Shown here one piece after another: positions 59,176-64,000 of a DNA stretch of 64,000 nucleotides. The notes beneath the pieces are model-generated. The model had not been told where the DNA came from, searched no databases, and saw nothing but the letters and a program-made list of their open reading frames with translations. The stretch's first letter is position 1, and every line of letters starts with the position of its first letter. A program made the position numbers and the translations under genes. Origin of the DNA: a virus; IMG/VR virus record IMGVR_UViG_3300037419_001822, positions 32,001 to 96,000 of that record; one strand, 5' to 3'.

Positions 59176-62100
59176 GTGGCGAACGAGGATGTCGTCTGGG
59201 TCGATGTACTACCTTCCCTGCAGAGCTTCACCTCGAACCTCAAGAAGGGGCTGAGCGCCGCCCTCGGCACGGCCCGGTCCTCCGGTTCCGAGGCGGGCCA
59301 GGCGTACGGCGAGGGGTTCGCCGGGCGGGCCGAGGCGGCGCTGTCGGCGGCCCAGTCGAAGGTGCAGGCGGTCACCAAGCGGCTGGCCGACGCCCAGGGC
59401 ACGCTCACCGTCGCGCAGACCCGGCTCGCCGAGGCCCAGGCCAAGGGAACCACCTCGGCCACGCAGCTCGCCGCCGCCCACGAGGCGGTCCAGAAGGCGG
59501 AGCGCAACGTCGAGCTGCAGACCGGCAACCTGACCCGCGCGCAGGCGGCGCAGAAGTCGGCCGTCGACCTGGTCGCCTCGGCGAACCGGTCGGCCAAGGA
59601 CGCGCAGGACAGCCACACCGCGTCGATCCAGGCCAGCAACAAGGAGACCGAGAAGGCCCCCGGCCTGATCGAGAAGTTCTCCACCGGCTGGATCAAGACC
59701 GCCGCCGTGCTGGGCACCGTCACCTACGCCGCCTACGGCATCAAGACCGCGTTCGGTGCGCTGTTCTCCACGATCGACGTCGCCTCCTCCCTGAACGAGG
59801 AGGTCAACAAGAGCCGCGTCGTGTTCGGCGACGCCTCCCAGTCGGTCATCGACTTCGCCGCCAACGCCGCCAAGGGCATGGGCGAGTCCCGGCTGGAGGC
59901 GCTGCAGTCCACCGGCATCTTCGGCAACCTGTTCCGCGCCGTCGGGCTGACCACCGACCAGTCGGCCGTCATGTCGACCAAGCTGGTGCAGCTCGCGTCG
60001 GACCTGGCGTCGTTCAACAACGCCGACCCGTCCGAGGTGCTGCTCGCCATGCGCGCGGGCCTGGTCGGCGAGTCCGAGCCGATGCGCCGCTTCGGTGTCG
60101 ACCTGTCCGACCTGGCGCTGCGCCAGGAGGCGATGAACCTCGGCATCTACGACGGCACCGGCGTCCTCAACCAGGCGCAGAAGGCGCAGGCCGCCTACTC
60201 GCTGCTGCTCAAGCAGACCACCCTGGCCCAGGGCGACTTCGTCCGGACCAGCGCCGGGCTCGCGAACTCCACCCGCATCCTCAAGGCCGAGTGGACCGAT
60301 CTCCAGGGAGCGTTGGGCGGGCTGCTGCTCGGCCCGGCGACCGGGGTCGTGCACTGGCTCAACGACCTGCTGCCGCGCATGCAGTCCGGCATCGAGGGCC
60401 TGCACAAGTTCGGGCAGGCCTTCGCCGACGGCTTCTCCCAGGCCGACGGCGCGGCCCGCTCCACCGGCGTCGCCGGTGTGTTCGAGGCGATCGGCCAGCA
60501 GGCCCGCAACACCTTCGACTGGGTCAAGTCGCTCACCGACCAGATCGCGGGCGCGTTCCGCGCGGGCCTGCACGACGCCGGGCCGGAACTGGCCGGGCTG
60601 GGCGGGGCCTTCTCCAACCTGATCCCGGTCCTGAGCAACGTCGTCTCCGCCTGGCACGGGCTGATCACCGGCGTCGTGCAGGCGTTCCTGCCGGTGATCC
60701 GCGACCTGATCCCGGTGATCGCCCAGCTCGCCACCAGCTTCGCGACGATCCTCAACTCCGCGCTGCAGAACATCCTGCCGGTCCTGTCCGTGGTCGCCCA
60801 CGCGCTCGGCCAGGTCGCCCAGGTCGTCGCCGACGTGCTGGTCAAGGTGCTCGGGCAGGTGTCGGAAATTCTGCCCGGCCTGACCGAGGCCTTCTCCGAC
60901 GTGGCCACCACCCTGGGCCGGGGCCTGCTGTCGGTGGTCCAGACGCTGGCTCCGGCCCTGGCCACGCTGGCGCAGACGTTCGGCGGGGTCGTGCAGATCC
61001 TGGCCGGGGCGTTCCTGGACGTGGTCAAGGCGCTGGAGCCGGTGCTGCCGGTGCTGGCGAAGGCGCTGAGCGACATCGCGTCCGCCCTCGCCGGGGCTCT
61101 CGCCGACGCGGTCAAGGCCATCTCCCCGGTCCTGCCGGTGCTGGCGAAGGCGTTCGCCGACATCGCGACCGCCGTCGGCGGTGCGCTGGCGCAGGCGGTC
61201 CAGACCCTCGCGCCGCTGCTGCCGCCGCTGGTGGAGGCCTTCGTCCGGCTGTTCCAGGCCGCGATGCAGCCGCTGTTGCCGATCCTGCCGGTCATCGCCA
61301 AGATTTTCACCGACATCGTCGGCGCGCTGGCCCCGCTGGTGCCCGCCGCCGCCGGGGTGGTTGGCGCGTTCGCGCAGCTCGCCACCAATGTGCTGCCCGC
61401 GCTGGCCCCGGTGCTGGGCGCGGTCGCCACCACGGTGCGGATCCTGGCGCAGGCGTTCGAGGCGCTGCCCGGCCCGCTGCAGGCCCTCGTCGCCGGGTTC
61501 GTCATCCTCAAGGCGACCCTCGGCGTCAACATCTTCGAGAAGGCCGCCAGCTTCCTGTCCGGCTGGGTCGGCGTCGTCCGCTCCAGCACAGGGGCCGTCA
61601 GCGGCGCGTTCTCCGGCATGACCGGCGCGGTCAAGGGTGAGCTGGCCACCCTGGGCGGGGCGTTCACCGCCGCGAAGGTCGCGCAACAGGAGCTGGTCGC
61701 CTCCAACTTCGGGCTGGGCACCCAGGCCATCCCGCGCGCCGTCGGCGACCTCAAGGGCCTGGAGGCCGCCGCCGGTCACGTCGCCTCCCAGGGCTTCGGC
61801 GCGATGAAGGGTGCCGCGTCCGGTCTGGTCGGCTTCCTCGGCGGGCCGTGGGGCCTCGCCATTGCCGGGGCCACCCTCGGCCTGGCCCTGATCATCGAGA
61901 AGGTCCAGCGGCACAACGAGGAGGTCCAGAAGGCCACCCAGGACGTCACCGACTGGTACAAGGCCATGGCCGAGGGCGGCCCGAAGGCGGTCCAGGCGCA
62001 GGAGAACCTGCGGGAGAAGCAGGAGGAGCTGGCCCAGGCCGAGCGGGACCTGGCCGATCTGCAGGCCCACCATATCCAGGACACCGGCCGGGCGGCCGGG

Positions 62101-64000
62101 GCCACCACCGACTACTCGACCAAGACCCAGGCCCTCAAGGACAAGATCGCCGACCTGAAGGGGGAGCTGGACCGGGGCTCGAAGGCCTACCAGGACTACT
62201 ACAACTCGCTGACGCCGAACCAGAAGCGCACCGAGGATCTCACCCAGGCGCAGAACGACCTAGACCTGGCCTTCGAGAAGTACGGGGCCAACTCGCCGCA
62301 GGTGGCGGCGGCGTCCGAGGCGGTGCGCCAGGCGCAGGAGAAGCTCAACCAGACCGAGCGCGACCAGAAGTCGGCGGTCGAGGGGGCCACCGGCGCGTTC
62401 CGCGACTACGTGACCGCCCAGCTCGGCGCGGCCAATGCCTCGCTGGGGCTGCAGTCCGGCCTGCTGAGCGCCTCGGGGGCGATCGACCAGTACAACAAGG
62501 GCGTCGCCGACGGCACCCTGAAGGGCAACGAGCGGGCGCAGGCCGAGAACTCGCTGTCGCAGAGCATCGTCTCCACGGTCGAGGCGGCCGGTCGCGCCGC
62601 CGCGCAGGCGCTGGGCCCGTCCGCGTCGGCGGCCGACCAGTCCATCGCCTCCGCGCACGCCCAGCGGGCGGCGTTCGAGACGCTGGTCGGGCAGCTCGGC
62701 TTCATCCCGCCGTCCCTGCAGGGCGTCGCCGACAGCCTGGGCATCACCAGCCAGTCGATGGACGGCGTCCGCACCAACGGGATCGACCCGCTGGACCAGA
62801 AGTTCTACGACCTGGCGCAGGGCACCCTGCAGGGCACCGTCGCCGACACGTTCCGCAACGTCCTGCCCGACGCCATCGGCACCACCGACGAGTCGCTGAA
62901 CCGGCAGGCCGCGCTCGGCGGCCCGATCGACCAGAACAGCCAGGCCTGGAAGGACTACCTGAAGTCGCTGTCCGGCTGGGGCACCACCTACGACGCCGAG
63001 ACCGGGCAGTGGATCGGCGCGACCAGCACCGGGCTGCAGACCCAGGCGGCCCCCGGCGGGCCGCTGGACCAGAACAGCGCGGCCTGGCAGACCTATCTGA
63101 AGTCGCTGTCCGGCTGGGGCACGTCGTACGACGCGGAGACCGGCCAGTGGATCGGGGCCGTCGACAGCGCGCTGAACAACCAGGCCGGGACCGGTGGGAC
63201 GCTGGCCCGCAACCAGCAGTCCTGGCACGACTACGTGGCCGGGATCGCCGCCGACATCGGCGGCCTGTTCGGCTTCGGCGGCGGCGCGGGCGCGCTGCCC
63301 GGCGCGGTCGCGCACGCCAACGCCTCGCTGGACGGGCAGGCCGCGCCCGGCGGCCCGATCTGGGGCAACGAGAACGCCTGGCACGGGGCCACCGACAACA
63401 TCGGCGGCTACAGCTCCGGCCTGTGGGGCTCCGGCGGCACCGTGCCCTCCGCGCTGGACAACACCAACACCTGGCTGGGCAAGCAGGCCACCCAGGATCT
63501 GCCCGCCAGCCAGAAGTCCTGGCACGACTACGTCTCCGGGCTGACCGCCGACATCCTCGGCCTGTTCGGGTTCAAGGGCGGCTCCGGTGCGCTGCCCGGC
63601 GCGCTGGCCAACGGCTCGGTGCAGCTCGACGCGTTCCAGACCCACGCCACCGGCCAGCTCGACATCGTCAACGCCGACTTCACCACGACGGCGTCCACGG
63701 CGCAGACCCAGATGGGGCTGATCGAGGCCCACATCGCCGGGCCGATGACCACGTCGCTGATCAACTTCTCCACGACGGCGACCACGCACACCGGCATCAT
63801 CAACGCCGCCTTCACGACCATGCAGCAGACCAGCAGCGCCCGCATGGTCGACGTGGAGAACCACATCTACGGGCCGATGACGGCCGCGCTGGTCGCGTTC
63901 TCCACCAACTCGGCGAACACCCGCGACTCGATCGACAACTCCTACACCGTGATGCGCGACGTCACCTCCGGCCGGATGGTCGACGTCGAGAACCACATCT
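59176..64000 (+). CDS. Tape measure protein (3'-truncated by window)
   Basis: GGGAGGGG RBS, GTG 59176; no stop seen before the edge (absent from ORF track for that reason); LASDLASFNN...GESEPMRRFG motif and amphipathic repeats. Confidence 0.93.
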   Translation, partial: MANEDVVWVDVLPSLQSFTSNLKKGLSAALGTARSSGSEAGQAYGEGFAGRAEAALSAAQSKVQAVTKRLADAQGTLTVAQTRLAEAQAKGTTSATQLAAAHEAVQKAERNVELQTGNLTRAQAAQKSAVDLVASANRSAKDAQDSHTASIQASNKETEKAPGLIEKFSTGWIKTAAVLGTVTYAAYGIKTAFGALFSTIDVASSLNEEVNKSRVVFGDASQSVIDFAANAAKGMGESRLEALQSTGIFGNLFRAVGLTTDQSAVMSTKLVQLASDLASFNNADPSEVLLAMRAGLVGESEPMRRFGVDLSDLALRQEAMNLGIYDGTGVLNQAQKAQAAYSLLLKQTTLAQGDFVRTSAGLANSTRILKAEWTDLQGALGGLLLGPATGVVHWLNDLLPRMQSGIEGLHKFGQAFADGFSQADGAARSTGVAGVFEAIGQQARNTFDWVKSLTDQIAGAFRAGLHDAGPELAGLGGAFSNLIPVLSNVVSAWHGLITGVVQAFLPVIRDLIPVIAQLATSFATILNSALQNILPVLSVVAHALGQVAQVVADVLVKVLGQVSEILPGLTEAFSDVATTLGRGLLSVVQTLAPALATLAQTFGGVVQILAGAFLDVVKALEPVLPVLAKALSDIASALAGALADAVKAISPVLPVLAKAFADIATAVGGALAQAVQTLAPLLPPLVEAFVRLFQAAMQPLLPILPVIAKIFTDIVGALAPLVPAAAGVVGAFAQLATNVLPALAPVLGAVATTVRILAQAFEALPGPLQALVAGFVILKATLGVNIFEKAASFLSGWVGVVRSSTGAVSGAFSGMTGAVKGELATLGGAFTAAKVAQQELVASNFGLGTQAIPRAVGDLKGLEAAAGHVASQGFGAMKGAASGLVGFLGGPWGLAIAGATLGLALIIEKVQRHNEEVQKATQDVTDWYKAMAEGGPKAVQAQENLREKQEELAQAERDLADLQAHHIQDTGRAAGATTDYSTKTQALKDKIADLKGELDRGSKAYQDYYNSLTPNQKRTEDLTQAQNDLDLAFEKYGANSPQVAAASEAVRQAQEKLNQTERDQKSAVEGATGAFRDYVTAQLGAANASLGLQSGLLSASGAIDQYNKGVADGTLKGNERAQAENSLSQSIVSTVEAAGRAAAQALGPSASAADQSIASAHAQRAAFETLVGQLGFIPPSLQGVADSLGITSQSMDGVRTNGIDPLDQKFYDLAQGTLQGTVADTFRNVLPDAIGTTDESLNRQAALGGPIDQNSQAWKDYLKSLSGWGTTYDAETGQWIGATSTGLQTQAAPGGPLDQNSAAWQTYLKSLSGWGTSYDAETGQWIGAVDSALNNQAGTGGTLARNQQSWHDYVAGIAADIGGLFGFGGGAGALPGAVAHANASLDGQAAPGGPIWGNENAWHGATDNIGGYSSGLWGSGGTVPSALDNTNTWLGKQATQDLPASQKSWHDYVSGLTADILGLFGFKGGSGALPGALANGSVQLDAFQTHATGQLDIVNADFTTTASTAQTQMGLIEAHIAGPMTTSLINFSTTATTHTGIINAAFTTMQQTSSARMVDVENHIYGPMTAALVAFSTNSANTRDSIDNSYTVMRDVTSGRMVDVENHI

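Noticed and set aside
59209-63996. Long minus-strand ORFs (954 aa, 578 aa; also 25508-27283, 47526-49166, 52463-54337)
   Set aside because: Antisense shadows of GC3-rich plus-strand genes; no motifs or RBS

Overview
The whole window is one temperate, long-tailed (siphovirus-like) actinobacterial phage or prophage genome. It is high-GC (roughly 70+% by eye), and no host genes are recognisable. SsgA-, WhiB- and Rpf-like genes point to a sporulating or filamentous actinomycete host (inference). Gene order: small ORFs (1-3.1 kb); tyrosine integrase, putative repressor and divergent Xis/Cro-like HTH (3.1-6.3 kb); a long early/middle operon of about 70 tightly overlapping ORFs (6.0-31.8 kb); a C/G-run repeat array and AT-rich direct repeats (31.9-33.3 kb); a lower-GC, codon-atypical island (33.6-38.0 kb); a probable cos site near 38.32 kb; then late genes. 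The early operon includes a DEDDh exonuclease, YqaJ/RecT, a permuted NlpC/P60 enzyme, a resolvase, WhiB, MazG, SsgA, SLOG, a replication initiator with iterons, a helicase and a glucosaminidase. The island holds cassette-like genes separated by repeated junction elements, including SAM-lyase-like, HhH-glycosylase-like and zincin-like candidates. Late genes are two HNH proteins, a metallophosphoesterase, glycosyl- and methyltransferases, tRNA-Gln and tRNA-Ser, an Acb2/Tad1-like protein, TerS/TerL, portal, protease, capsid, an inserted secreted Rpf-LysM enzyme, head-tail genes, tail tube, frameshifted tail chaperones and a tape measure gene that runs off the right edge. The most novel feature is the cos-proximal island with its boundary repeats, which looks like a first-ejected anti-defence cassette array. 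All product calls come from motifs recognised by eye; no database searches were run.
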